Assembly: GCA_964642015.1 (NCBI GenBank) | Contig: CAZXLF010000003.1 | Location: 100,204-164,203 of the forward strand | Length of the DNA stretch: 64,000 nt | Reading direction: 5' to 3' | Origin: an uncultured Planctomycetia bacterium | GTDB lineage: Bacteria > Omnitrophota > Gorgyraeia > 2-02-FULL-51-18 | Shown: piece by piece, positions 33,413 through 45,094 of the stretch | Layout: every line of letters starts with the position of its first letter | Numbering within the stretch: the first letter of the stretch is position 1 | Notes under the pieces: model-generated | Told to the model about the DNA's origin: nothing | Database searches by the model: none | The model's input: only the letters and a program-made list of their open reading frames with translations | Translations under genes and position numbers: made by a program

Positions 33413-35440
33413 ATGAATTTCAAAATCAAAAGCGCCTTCTCTCCGAAAGGGGACCAGCCTCAGGCGATTGAAAAACTGGTTTCCGGTATACGTCAAAACC
33501 AACGCTATCAAACGCTGCTCGGCGTGACCGGAAGCGGAAAAACTTTTACGATCGCGAATGTCATCGCGGCACTCAACCGGCCTACGCTCGTTATATCACA
33601 CAACAAAACGCTCGCCGCCCAGCTCTACAGTGAATTTAAAGAATTTCTTCCTGACAACGCGGTCGAATATTTCGTCAGTTATTATGATTACTACCAGCCC
33701 GAAGCTTACGTCCCTCAAACGGACACCTATATTGAAAAGGATTCCTCGATTAATGAAGACATTGACCGTTTGCGCCTGCGGGCAACGAGCTCGTTATTAT
33801 CCAGGCGCGATTGTGTAATTGTTTCCTCCGTTTCCGCGATCTATGGCTTGGGATCTCCAGCCGAGTATTCCGAACTTTTAGTTTTTTTGAAATTGGGTGA
33901 TACGCTTTCACGCGAAGAGCTTCTGAAAAAACTGGTCGACATCCAATATCAGCGTAATGACATTGACTTTAAACGGACTACATTCCGCGTCAGAGGCGAT
34001 ATTGTTGAGGTGTTCCTTGCTTACGAGGAGACGGCTATCCGCATTGAATACGAATGGGATTCGATAAAGAAATTATCCAGGATCAATCCGTTGACCGGAG
34101 ACACGATCCACACGCTTGACTCGATCGCTATTTATCCAGCCAAACATTTTGTGACGACCCAACCGCGGCTGGAACGTGCTTTGATCGATATTGAAAATGA
34201 ACTGAACCAGAGGTTCAGGGAACTTAATTCCCAAAATAAGCTTGTGGAGGCCCAGCGTCTTGAGCAGCGCACACGCTATGATATGGAGATGATGCGAGAG
34301 CTTGGATTTTGTTCGGGAATAGAGAATTATTCAAGGATAATTACCGGCCGCGCGCCTGGCTCGAGACCCTATTGTCTTATCGATTATTTTCCGAAAGATT
34401 TTCTTACGGTTATCGATGAATCCCATATTTCAGTCCCTCAAATCCGAGGGATGTACTTCGGGGACCGCGCAAGAAAGGAAACACTTGTGGAGTACGGCTT
34501 CAGACTGCCTTCGGCGCTGGATAACCGGCCTTTGCGTTTCGAGGAGTTTGAAGAGATCACAGGCCAAACAGTATTTGTTTCAGCCACGCCTGCAGAGCAT
34601 GAAATAAAAAAATCGAGTCGCATCGTCGAGCAGATCATCCGCCCTACAGGGCTTTTGGACCCTTCGATTGAAATAAAGCCGACCAAAGGGCAAGTGGATG
34701 ATCTTTTGGAAGAGATCGAAAAGCGCGCTAAATTAAAACAAAGAATATTAGTATCAACGCTTACAAAGAAAATGGCCGAGGAATTGGCCAAATACTTGCA
34801 AGATATCGGCGTGCGTGTCAAATACATTCATTCCGAGATCGATGCGATCGAACGCGTGGAAATCTTAAGGGATCTGCGTTTAAACCAATTCGACTGTCTT
34901 GTAGGCATCAACCTCTTGAGAGAGGGCATTGATCTGCCGGAAGTATCGCTTGTAGCGGTGCTCGACGCCGATAAAGAAGGGTTTTTAAGAAGCCAGACCT
35001 CCCTGATCCAGATTGCGGGCCGCGCAGCGCGACATGTGGACGGTCATGTGATCCTTTATGCGGACACGGTAACTGAATCTATGAGAAAAATGATCATGGA
35101 GACCGAAAGACGTCGCAAAAAACAGAACGAATATAATTTAAAAAATAATATTACTCCCACTTCGATCAAAAAAGAGATCCGCGAAGGCATTGAAGCAATA
35201 AAGAAAGCGCGGGAGATCGTAAAAGAAGCCGCCGGACTTCCTGACGATGTCGGAGATGTATTCCAGGTCTTGAATGACCTTGAAGCCGAAATGGAAGAAG
35301 CGGCGAAGAATCTGCAGTTTGAACGCGCGATCGAACTGCGTGATCAGATAAAGGCGATACAAAAAAAGCTCGAGAAAGAGAAAATGCAAAAACCCGATAT
35401 TATTGAGAAGAAACAAAAAATAAAGAAAATGGCCAAATGA
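33413..35440 (+). CDS. uvrB: excinuclease ABC subunit B
   Basis: [32 protein letters not shown]-terminal UVR domain. Confidence 0.98.
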   Translation: MNFKIKSAFSPKGDQPQAIEKLVSGIRQNQRYQTLLGVTGSGKTFTIANVIAALNRPTLVISHNKTLAAQLYSEFKEFLPDNAVEYFVSYYDYYQPEAYVPQTDTYIEKDSSINEDIDRLRLRATSSLLSRRDCVIVSSVSAIYGLGSPAEYSELLVFLKLGDTLSREELLKKLVDIQYQRNDIDFKRTTFRVRGDIVEVFLAYEETAIRIEYEWDSIKKLSRINPLTGDTIHTLDSIAIYPAKHFVTTQPRLERALIDIENELNQRFRELNSQNKLVEAQRLEQRTRYDMEMMRELGFCSGIENYSRIITGRAPGSRPYCLIDYFPKDFLTVIDESHISVPQIRGMYFGDRARKETLVEYGFRLPSALDNRPLRFEEFEEITGQTVFVSATPAEHEIKKSSRIVEQIIRPTGLLDPSIEIKPTKGQVDDLLEEIEKRAKLKQRILVSTLTKKMAEELAKYLQDIGVRVKYIHSEIDAIERVEILRDLRLNQFDCLVGINLLREGIDLPEVSLVAVLDADKEGFLRSQTSLIQIAGRAARHVDGHVILYADTVTESMRKMIMETERRRKKQNEYNLKNNITPTSIKKEIREGIEAIKKAREIVKEAAGLPDDVGDVFQVLNDLEAEMEEAAKNLQFERAIELRDQIKAIQKKLEKEKMQKPDIIEKKQKIKKMAK

Positions 35441-36411
35441 AAGAGTCTGATATCTTGAACTTCTTGAGGCAAAAGAAAGAATACTACATTTCAGGAGAAG
35501 AGATATCTAAAAAATTGGGCGTCTCACGCTCGGCGATATGGAAAGAAATGCAGACGCTCCGTAAACTGGGCTATGAGATCGAAGCGCAGCCGCACCTCGG
35601 TTACCGTCTTGCAACGATCCCGGATAAAATGTTCGCCGATGAATTAAAAGCGGGACTTGGCACCCAATTCATAGGCGCTGAGATCCACTCTTACGATCAA
35701 CTCGACTCCACTAACGACGCGGCGTTTATTTTAGGAGAAAAGGGCGCACGCGAAGGTGTTTGCGTATTTGCGGAATATCAAAAAAGGGGACGGGGTAGAC
35801 TGGGTCGAAGCTGGGTTTCTCCTAAAGGAAAAAATCTCATTCTCTCTGTTCTGCTGCGGCCCATCATCTTACCGCAAGAAATATCAAAGCTGACACTGGC
35901 ATGTGCCGTTTCGCTGATCAAAACGATCAAAAAGACCACCCAAATGCAATTAGGGATCAAGTGGCCAAATGATATCTATTACAAAGACCTTAAAGTTGGT
36001 GGCATTCTGACTGAGATGAGCGCAGAGTCTGACCGGATCAATTTTATTGTTGTAGGAATAGGTCTTAATCTAAATACGGGCACTGATGAGCTTCCACCAA
36101 AAGCCACTTCGTTAAAAGCGATAACTCATAGAAAGATCAACAGGATCGAATTTGCGCAAGAGCTTCTGAGAATGCTCGAGTTCGATTACCTGCGCCTGAA
36201 AAATGGGCTATTCGAAGAACTTGGGAAAGATTGGGAGGAGTTTTCGATCACTTCGGGAAAACGTGTCGTCGCCACATTGCTGGGCCAAAAAATAGAAGGT
36301 CAAGCAACGGGCATTGATCAGAATGGTATTCTCTGGATAAGGCAAGATAATGGAATTCATCAAAGAATCGTCGCCGGCGATATAGAACATTTAATGACTA
36401 AAACAAAATAA
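35437..36411 (+). CDS. birA: bifunctional biotin ligase/repressor (type II BirA)
   Basis: N-terminal HTH ([18 protein letters not shown]), [24 protein letters not shown]. Confidence 0.95.
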   Translation: MKESDILNFLRQKKEYYISGEEISKKLGVSRSAIWKEMQTLRKLGYEIEAQPHLGYRLATIPDKMFADELKAGLGTQFIGAEIHSYDQLDSTNDAAFILGEKGAREGVCVFAEYQKRGRGRLGRSWVSPKGKNLILSVLLRPIILPQEISKLTLACAVSLIKTIKKTTQMQLGIKWPNDIYYKDLKVGGILTEMSAESDRINFIVVGIGLNLNTGTDELPPKATSLKAITHRKINRIEFAQELLRMLEFDYLRLKNGLFEELGKDWEEFSITSGKRVVATLLGQKIEGQATGIDQNGILWIRQDNGIHQRIVAGDIEHLMTKTK

Positions 36412-37178
36412 TGAAAATTTTAGCGGTTGATATAGGCAACACCAGCACCTTGGCAGCAATAGTCGCGGACGGCCGCATAGGTAAAACCTATCGTTGCACC
36501 ACAAATGATTTATCTGATAACGCTATTAAAAAACTGGCAAAAAAAGTTTCTGTTAAAAACATAGAAGCCGCTGTCATCGCGAGCGTCGTCCCTTCGAGAG
36601 GATCTTTTTTTAAGGAAAGCTTAACCAAAACGTTCGGCGTCAAAACTTATCTGATTGGCAAAGATTTTTTGGCGCCCATCAAGAACCGATACGTAAACCC
36701 GAAGCAAGTCGGTATTGACCGGCTCATGAATGCCATTGCGGCGTTTGAACGTTATCACAGAGAGGTTATTGTTATTGATTTTGGAACAGCGATCACGTTC
36801 GATGTTGTATCAAAAAAAGGAGAATATCTGGGGGGCGTTATCGCTCCAGGTATCGAGATCAGTCTAGAGGCGCTTTACGAGCGCACAGCGCTTTTGCCAA
36901 AAATAAAATTAGCTCATCCAAAGAACATTATCGGCAAAGATACTGTCGAAAGCATCCGTGTTGGTTGTGCAGTGGGCATTGGCGGCTTATGCGACAGGGT
37001 AATTACAAGCATTAAATCCCGTTATCATATGAGACCTATTATTATTGCCACCGGGGGATATGCGGCTTTTATGAGGAAATACTGCAATTCCATTGATCTG
37101 ATAGATCCGAATTTGACGATCAAAGGAATTTATCTTAGTTATAAAAATATCTTGACAAAGAAAAGCCACCAAATATAA
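36411..37178 (+). CDS. coaX: type III pantothenate kinase
   Basis: DIGNT, GIDR, IDFGTAITFD, GGVIAPG, ATGG. Confidence 0.95.
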   Translation: MKILAVDIGNTSTLAAIVADGRIGKTYRCTTNDLSDNAIKKLAKKVSVKNIEAAVIASVVPSRGSFFKESLTKTFGVKTYLIGKDFLAPIKNRYVNPKQVGIDRLMNAIAAFERYHREVIVIDFGTAITFDVVSKKGEYLGGVIAPGIEISLEALYERTALLPKIKLAHPKNIIGKDTVESIRVGCAVGIGGLCDRVITSIKSRYHMRPIIIATGGYAAFMRKYCNSIDLIDPNLTIKGIYLSYKNILTKKSHQI

Positions 37179-37179
37179 T
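37152..37179 (+). promoter_or_regulatory. sigma70 promoter of groESL (overlaps the coaX 3' end)
   Basis: TTGACA-16bp-TATAAT. Confidence 0.8.
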
Positions 37180-37185
37180 GTGCTG

Positions 37186-37212
37186 TTAGCACTCATATTA
37201 AACGAGTGCTAA
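37186..37212. promoter_or_regulatory. CIRCE element (HrcA operator)
   Basis: Perfect TTAGCACTC-N9-GAGTGCTAA upstream of groES. Confidence 0.97.
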
Positions 37213-37273
37213 ATACCAAGTTTGATAGTCAAAAAAATCAAATTTTACAAAAATCAAACAGGAGGAATCACGA

Positions 37274-37570
37274 ATGGAAAAGCAAAATATTCAGCCTTTA
37301 GGGGACAGGGTCCTTGTGGAGCCCTTGGAAGCTGAGGAAAAAACCACCGGCGGAATTGTTATTCCCGATACCGCCAAGGAAAAACAGCAAAAGGGTAAAG
37401 TCATTGCTGTAGGCAAAGGTAAGATTTCTGATGACGGGAAAGTCACCCCGTTGGAAGTTAAAGTGAATGATCGGGTTTTGTTCGGCCGCTATACCGGTAC
37501 TGAAGTCAAGATCGGGACCTCCGATTATTTAATTATTAAAGAAGACGATATTCTAGCGATTCTTCGCTAA
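37274..37570 (+). CDS. groES: co-chaperonin GroES
   Basis: [26 protein letters not shown]; GGAGG RBS. Confidence 0.98.
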   Translation: MEKQNIQPLGDRVLVEPLEAEEKTTGGIVIPDTAKEKQQKGKVIAVGKGKISDDGKVTPLEVKVNDRVLFGRYTGTEVKIGTSDYLIIKEDDILAILR

Positions 37571-39238
<1,668 letters not shown>

Positions 39239-39260
39239 TAGCTGCTTAAAACGTCTTAAG

Positions 39261-39296
39261 AAAACCCGGGCTTCCACAAAGAAGTCCGGGTTTTTT
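39261..39296 (+). terminator. intrinsic terminator after groEL
   Basis: AAAACCCGGGCTTC-CACAAA-GAAGTCCGGGTTTTTT hairpin with U tract. Confidence 0.9.
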
Positions 39297-39365
39297 GTTG
39301 TCACAAATCCGCCTATTTGATAGAATTAGCCCCTTATTGAAGTCCTGCGATTTGACGGAGACACC

Positions 39366-39860
39366 ATGAAAACAGCAACTATAGCCCTACTCACTTTTGC
39401 TTTTCTTCCATCCATCGTCTTGGCTGCTCCGACCGAAAAACATTATCAAGGCTCAGGCGAAGTGACCAGCGTTGACCCGCTTTACAGCCGCATCACTATC
39501 AAGCACGGACCGATAAAAAATTTTGTAGGTGATGAAGAAACTGAATTTTTCGTCAGCTCGACCGATATCTTAAAAGGAATTGCCAAACGCGACCTTGTTG
39601 ATTTCAGTTTGGTCGATGTGAAAGGCGACGTTCGAGTCGAAAAGATCACTAAAACAGGTGAAGCGCCGATCAAAGAGGAAGGTTTGCCTCTGGGTCAAGC
39701 TGTGCAAGGAGCTCTAGTGGCCACCGGTGAGGCGGCAAAGACGGTTACTAGTCCGATCACTCCGGCACACGAAGTTGTCAGCGGAACTGTCGGCGCTACA
39801 ACCGGAGCGACGGATGAGGTTCTGCGTGACGCGAATCCGGATGTCAAAAAAAAGTTTTAG
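39366..39860 (+). CDS. secreted CusF-like OB-fold protein with non-canonical ligands
   Basis: Signal peptide; GSGEVTSVD..ITIKHGPI..F..GIAKRDLVDF resembles CusF; Met/Trp ligands absent; extra Thr/Ala/Gly-rich tail. Confidence 0.65.
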   Translation: MKTATIALLTFAFLPSIVLAAPTEKHYQGSGEVTSVDPLYSRITIKHGPIKNFVGDEETEFFVSSTDILKGIAKRDLVDFSLVDVKGDVRVEKITKTGEAPIKEEGLPLGQAVQGALVATGEAAKTVTSPITPAHEVVSGTVGATTGATDEVLRDANPDVKKKF

Positions 39861-39906
39861 ATCAACGGACTATTTATCCATCAAATATTTTTAAGGAGAT
39901 AGGTTT

Positions 39907-41067
39907 ATGGGAATGTGGTTAGGCCGGGGAAGAAAAGCGAGGCGGTGTTATGGGTTCGATGAAATAGCTTTGGTACCAGGTTCTATCACGATCAATCCCA
40001 ATGAAGTCGACACTTCATGGCAGATAGGAAATAAAAAGTTCAAGGTTCCCATCATCGCTTCGGCGATGGACGGTGTGGTGGATGTCAATTTTGCCATACG
40101 CATGTCTAAAATGGGAGGCATTGCGGCTCTGAATCTCGAAGGCGTGCAGACCCGCTACGAAAATCCAGAAGAAGTCTTGAGCAAAATATCAAATGTCAGC
40201 CTTGAAGAGTCCACCCATCTTTTACAAGGTATCTATAGACAGCCGATCAAGGAAAAATTGATCGCCAAACGGATCAAAGAAATAAAGAAAAAGGGTGGAG
40301 TTGCTTGTGTTTCCAGCATCCCGCAAAGAGCAGAAGCTTTTGGCAAGATCGCTCAAGATGCCGGATGCGATATTTTCATTGTTCAGTCCACGGTCACGAC
40401 CGTAAGACATATCTCGGCTGAATATAAAACGCTGGATTTCCATAAATTTTGCAAAAGCATGAAGATCCCCGTGATCATCGGCAACTGCGTGACTTATCAA
40501 ACGACGCTGGAACTCATGGAAACCGGGGTCAAGGCGCTTTTGATCGGTATTGGGCCAGGAGCGGCATGCACCACGCGTGGAGTTTTGGGCATCGGCGTTC
40601 CTCAGGTAACTGCGATTTGCGATGCAGCGGCAGCGCGTGATTTTTATTTCAAGAAAAATTCAGTTTACGTCCCGATCATCGCGGATGGCGGAATGACCAC
40701 TGGCGGCGATATCTGCAAGGCGTTTGCTTGCGGAGCAGACGCTGTAATGGTCGGTTCTGCGTTCGCCAGAGCCAAAGAAGCTCCCGGAAAAGGTTTCCAC
40801 TGGGGCATGGCTACACCTCACGCAAATCTGCCCCGCGGCACAAGAATAAGAGTGGGTACCACCGGAAGTTTGGAGGAGATCCTTTTTGGACCTGCTAATC
40901 TGGACGACGGCACTCAGAATCTTGTCGGCGCACTTCAAACCTGCATGGGCAATGTCGGAGCGCAGAACATACACGAGCTCCAACTCACCGAGCTTATCAT
41001 CGCGCCATCCATCAAGACTGAAGGAAAAGTTTTTCAGCAGGCCCAACGCGTCGGCATGGGAAAATAG
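39907..41067 (+). CDS. GuaB3-family IMP dehydrogenase-related protein
   Basis: YGFDEIALVP, SAMD, GIGPGAACTTRGVLG, IADGG, HWGMAT; no CBS domains. Confidence 0.88.
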   Translation: MGMWLGRGRKARRCYGFDEIALVPGSITINPNEVDTSWQIGNKKFKVPIIASAMDGVVDVNFAIRMSKMGGIAALNLEGVQTRYENPEEVLSKISNVSLEESTHLLQGIYRQPIKEKLIAKRIKEIKKKGGVACVSSIPQRAEAFGKIAQDAGCDIFIVQSTVTTVRHISAEYKTLDFHKFCKSMKIPVIIGNCVTYQTTLELMETGVKALLIGIGPGAACTTRGVLGIGVPQVTAICDAAAARDFYFKKNSVYVPIIADGGMTTGGDICKAFACGADAVMVGSAFARAKEAPGKGFHWGMATPHANLPRGTRIRVGTTGSLEEILFGPANLDDGTQNLVGALQTCMGNVGAQNIHELQLTELIIAPSIKTEGKVFQQAQRVGMGK

Positions 41068-41068
41068 T

Positions 41069-41701
41069 TTGACCAAGAAGCTTTCTGTACAGCGCGATTT
41101 TTTCAAGTCATCAATTACCGATTTTCTGAATAAACTGGGTTCGGCATCTCCGTATCCCGGTGGAGGATCCGCAGCCGCTTTGATCGCCGCGACTGGCGTT
41201 TCGTTGATCGAAATGGTCACAAGGATCAATGAGCAACGGGACATGAAAAGATCGAATCGGAAATCTCCTTCCACACCTTCAAAGAACCGTGTGCTTAAAT
41301 TGGTCAATCTACGCGCGAACTTCGGAAAATTGATGATGCGCGACATTGCAGCGTTTTCAAAGCTTTCAAGTTTTCCAAAAGAAAAAAGACAAGCACCTGC
41401 TTATGAAAAAGCGCTTCAAGGGGCTGCCACAATTCCTTTGATCATGGCCCGATTAATTGCTGAAGCAATGGCGTTGGGAGAGATTGAGGTTAGGCGCACT
41501 AGCCGCTGGCTGGCTAGTGATCTGGCCGAAGCGGCAATATTACTTGAAGCGGCATTTGGTTCCGCTCGGCTAAATGTTGAAATAAATCTAGTTTCGTTGA
41601 GACCTGGTAAATTCCGCAATCAATGCGAAGGAGAACTTGACTGGATCGAAAAAAGTGTTTTACGCTCCAAAAAAGCTCTTTTAAAGGTAATGCCCGTATG
41701 A
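41069..41701 (+). CDS. fchA: cyclodeaminase/cyclohydrolase family protein (FchA-type methenyl-THF cyclohydrolase)
   Basis: Probable TTG start; SASPYPGGGSAAA, ASDL, NVEINL FTCD_C motifs; directly upstream of folD. Confidence 0.8.
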   Translation: MTKKLSVQRDFFKSSITDFLNKLGSASPYPGGGSAAALIAATGVSLIEMVTRINEQRDMKRSNRKSPSTPSKNRVLKLVNLRANFGKLMMRDIAAFSKLSSFPKEKRQAPAYEKALQGAATIPLIMARLIAEAMALGEIEVRRTSRWLASDLAEAAILLEAAFGSARLNVEINLVSLRPGKFRNQCEGELDWIEKSVLRSKKALLKVMPV

Positions 41702-42549
41702 TTAAAACAGGTAATATATTGAACGGCAAGGAAATTGCCGCTAAACATTTGGAAATGATCTCCAAAGAGCTCTCTGAAATACAAAAATCGGGAGCTGTTT
41801 TGACTTTGGCGACCGTGCAGGTAGGCGATGAGCATGACACAGAACTTTATGCCAAATCTATCGCTAACCTTATGCAAAAACTGGGAATCCGGCATACACA
41901 CTTACGCTTTCCAAAAACGATACAGGAAAACTTGCTTCGCCAGGAGCTGGCAAAGCTGGGAAAAGATCCGCAAATCACCGGCGTTCTGATCTTTGCACCG
42001 CTGCCGAGCCAATTTGCATTAGGTAGTCTCTTAAGAACTGTGGGCGGTCTAAAAGATGTTGAGGGCAGACTAGCGCCTCTTTCGTCACGTTCAAAGATTA
42101 TGCCTCCAACTGCGATGGCGGCCGTTGCTTTATTTGACGAAACAGGCGTGCAGGCTGAAAGCAAAGAGACTTTGATCATTGGCCGCAGTGATGTTGTAGG
42201 AAAACCGGCTGCGATGATGATGATGGATAAGAATGCAACTGTAACCATCGCCCATTCAAAAACAAATGATCTGAAAGGCCATGTTCAGCGCGCTGATATC
42301 GTAATCGTTTCCGTCGGCAAACCTGAGATCGTGAAAGGTGATTGGATCAAACCCGGAGCTGTTGTAATAGACGTCGGGGAAAATGTTGTGAATGGGAAAC
42401 TAGTTGGTGATGTGGAATTTGAGAAAGCAAAAGATAAGGCAGCGTTCATTAGTCCCGTTCCAGGCGGTGTGGGACCGGTAACCAATGTGATGCTCGTTAG
42501 AAATTTAATTTCACTTTATGAGCTTCAAAAATTGCATGGAAATCATTGA
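41698..42549 (+). CDS. folD: methylenetetrahydrofolate dehydrogenase FolD (cyclohydrolase residues missing)
   Basis: GRSDVVGKP, HSKT, IDVG, GDVEF, PVPGGVGPVT. Confidence 0.9.
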   Translation: MIKTGNILNGKEIAAKHLEMISKELSEIQKSGAVLTLATVQVGDEHDTELYAKSIANLMQKLGIRHTHLRFPKTIQENLLRQELAKLGKDPQITGVLIFAPLPSQFALGSLLRTVGGLKDVEGRLAPLSSRSKIMPPTAMAAVALFDETGVQAESKETLIIGRSDVVGKPAAMMMMDKNATVTIAHSKTNDLKGHVQRADIVIVSVGKPEIVKGDWIKPGAVVIDVGENVVNGKLVGDVEFEKAKDKAAFISPVPGGVGPVTNVMLVRNLISLYELQKLHGNH

Positions 42550-43405
42550 TATTTTAAAAAAGAAAAATTTTCTTGTCACCGCCGAGCTCGGGCCACCCAA
42601 AGGCACGAATATGGAACCTTTCTTTAAACAAGCAGCCTATCTCAAAGGCAAAGTAGACGCTGCTAATGTAACAGACCAGCAGGCAGGATTAATGAAATTG
42701 GGCTCGTTGGCAAGCTGTCATTTATTAAAAGATTTTGGGATCGAGCCGATCATGCAGATGACCTGCCGGGATAAGAACCGCATCGCGCTCCAATCCGAGC
42801 TTTTGTCTGCCGCTGTTTTAGGCATCCATAATGTGCTAGTCCTCACAGGCGATCCTATTTCAATCGGCGACCATCCTGAGGCGAAAGCGGTTTTTGATGT
42901 AGACGCAGCCCAACTTATGTCTGTTATCAAAAAACTTGAAAACGGCATTGATATGACCGATCACAAGCTTGATGGGACGCCTCAATTTTCGATAGGTGCA
43001 GCGCTGAACCCCTGCGTTGACGATCTGGATACGGAGATCTCCAAAACAAGAAAAAAGATCGAGAACGGTGCCGAGTTTTTCCAAACACAGGGGGTTTTTG
43101 ATGCCGAGCGGTTCAAAAAATTCATGGATCGTTATCGGCGTGAAGGATTTCGCGTCCCGATCCTGGCGGGGATTATTCTGATCAAATCCGTTAAAATGGC
43201 CAATTTTATGAATGAAAAGATCCCCGGGATTTTTATCCCAAAAAATATGATCGCACGCTTTGAGAATGCAAAAGACCCCAAAGCGGAAAGTATTGCCGTT
43301 GCTGTTGAAACCATCAAAAACATTAGACCTCACGTCCAAGGTGTCCATCTCATGGCGATCGGCTGGGAAGAATTGATCCCAGAGATCGCATCTAAAATCT
43401 CGTAA
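42536..43405 (+). CDS. metF: methylenetetrahydrofolate reductase
   Basis: Start ATG 42536; ELGPPKG, NVTD, TCRDKNR, LTGDP, FFQTQ, GVHLM. Confidence 0.92.
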   Translation: MEIIDILKKKNFLVTAELGPPKGTNMEPFFKQAAYLKGKVDAANVTDQQAGLMKLGSLASCHLLKDFGIEPIMQMTCRDKNRIALQSELLSAAVLGIHNVLVLTGDPISIGDHPEAKAVFDVDAAQLMSVIKKLENGIDMTDHKLDGTPQFSIGAALNPCVDDLDTEISKTRKKIENGAEFFQTQGVFDAERFKKFMDRYRREGFRVPILAGIILIKSVKMANFMNEKIPGIFIPKNMIARFENAKDPKAESIAVAVETIKNIRPHVQGVHLMAIGWEELIPEIASKIS

Positions 43406-43451
43406 TTTATCCCTATTTTGCGCTATAATATAAGGTTACAAAAGGACTTAT

Positions 43452-44279
43452 ATGGGTCTTCGCGAACAGTTTTTTAAAGCCAAAAAACACAAAAAAAAGT
43501 GGACAATGCTCACAGCGTATGATGCTCCGACCGCGGAGCTTCTGGAAAACGCCGGCATTGACCTTATCTTAGTCGGAGATTCTTTGGGAATGGTGCTTTT
43601 GGGTTATTCGTCTACCCAGCAAGTGACCATGGATGAGATGATCCACCATGCCAAAGCAGTCAGGCGTGGAGCAAAAAATTCTATAGTTATAGGCGATCTG
43701 CCTCTTAAAGGGGTCGAGAACGGGCCGAGGCACGCATTGGAATCTGCACGTCGGTTTATTGAAGAAGCGGGATTGGATGCGGTAAAACTTGAATGGGGGA
43801 AAGATGCTATTCGCGCCACAGAGCTTCTGAGGAAAAACAACATACCAATAATGGGTCACGTAGGATTGACCCCGCAAACTAAAACAGGTTTTTTGGTCCA
43901 GGGCCGGCAGGCGAAAAGCGCTTTAGATATTTTCAAAGCGGCCGAGGCATTTGAGGCAAATGGTGCATTTTCCGTTCTTCTAGAATGCATCCCAAGCTCT
44001 ATTGCCCAGGCGATCACAAAAAAATTAAGCATTCCTACGATCGGTATAGGCGCAGGGCCTTATTGTGACGGCCAAGTGCTCGTATTCCATGACTTGGTGG
44101 GGATCTTCAAAAAATTCAAGCCAAGGTTCGTCAAGCGTTATGCAGACCTGGACAATTCCATGCGCCGCGCGGTGAATATGTATAAAAAAGAAGTCAACGA
44201 CGGAAAATTTCCTAAAAAAGAGCACAGCTTTTTGATCAAGAAAAGTGAACTTGAGACATTCTTGGAAAATGTAAAATGA
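43452..44279 (+). CDS. panB: 3-methyl-2-oxobutanoate hydroxymethyltransferase
   Basis: LTAYD, LVGDSLG, VKLE, GHVGLTPQ, IGIGAG, DGQVLV. Confidence 0.96.
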   Translation: MGLREQFFKAKKHKKKWTMLTAYDAPTAELLENAGIDLILVGDSLGMVLLGYSSTQQVTMDEMIHHAKAVRRGAKNSIVIGDLPLKGVENGPRHALESARRFIEEAGLDAVKLEWGKDAIRATELLRKNNIPIMGHVGLTPQTKTGFLVQGRQAKSALDIFKAAEAFEANGAFSVLLECIPSSIAQAITKKLSIPTIGIGAGPYCDGQVLVFHDLVGIFKKFKPRFVKRYADLDNSMRRAVNMYKKEVNDGKFPKKEHSFLIKKSELETFLENVK

Positions 44280-45094
44280 GCTCCCATATTTTCTTATTCA
44301 TTTTCTCAGGCTATTTCATCAGTTTTATTCTATATTTCATGAACTTCGAATCTCACAAAGAATCTTTGTACGCGTGGGCAAAACGCGTGACGCTGGTTAG
44401 TCTTATGGCGCATTTTGCTTTTATCGCGTCAGCCATCCTGAGAAATCCTTCGTTTGTTGTGGCCAATTTATCGCAGTACATTGAAATGGTGTCCTTCTTC
44501 ATTCTGCTCGTTTCATTCATTGTGGAATCCAGGAACAAAGCCAGATCCCTCATGCTTTTCTCATTGCCAATCGTGCTTGTATTCTGCCTATTCGCGATCA
44601 TGCTGAATGAACGCAAGGAAATCTCAAGCGTTGCCCAGTCTTCGCCATGGCTTTGGGTGCATATAAGCCTTATTTTAGCCGGCTTTTCAGGTCTGATCAT
44701 CGCCGTTTCAAGCGCTTTGATGTACCTTTTACAGTCCTCTCAGCTTAAATCAAAACACCTTGGAAAGATCTTTTTCAAACTCCCTTCACTAAACACTTTG
44801 GACCGTTTGCATTTCATCTTTCTGGCGTGGGGCGTGATCTTGTTTTCACTCGGTATACTGATGGGATTCTTATGGGCCAAGAATGCGAATCAAGTAAGAC
44901 AGATTCTAAAAGATCCGACGGTGATCCTGTCTTTTCTAACGAGTTTCATGTATTGGGTCATTTTGAGTTTCAGATTAAGCGCTTTGCGCCGCGGACAAAA
45001 GATCGCAATAGGAACTTTGCTTGTGTTCGTACTGCTTTTCTTGACATTGCTGACATCTAACATCGCTCCCACCGGCTTTCATCGAGGCTTTTAA
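44276..45094 (+). CDS. HemX/CcsA-like polytopic membrane protein
   Basis: About 8 TM segments, WLWVH, KLPSLNTLD, DP motif lacking the WxWD tryptophans; coupled to hemA. Confidence 0.75.
   Translation: MSSHIFLFIFSGYFISFILYFMNFESHKESLYAWAKRVTLVSLMAHFAFIASAILRNPSFVVANLSQYIEMVSFFILLVSFIVESRNKARSLMLFSLPIVLVFCLFAIMLNERKEISSVAQSSPWLWVHISLILAGFSGLIIAVSSALMYLLQSSQLKSKHLGKIFFKLPSLNTLDRLHFIFLAWGVILFSLGILMGFLWAKNANQVRQILKDPTVILSFLTSFMYWVILSFRLSALRRGQKIAIGTLLVFVLLFLTLLTSNIAPTGFHRGF

Noticed and set aside
37186-37212. Perfect 9-bp inverted repeat before groES
   Set aside because: Well-known CIRCE/HrcA operator; annotated as a feature, not novel.
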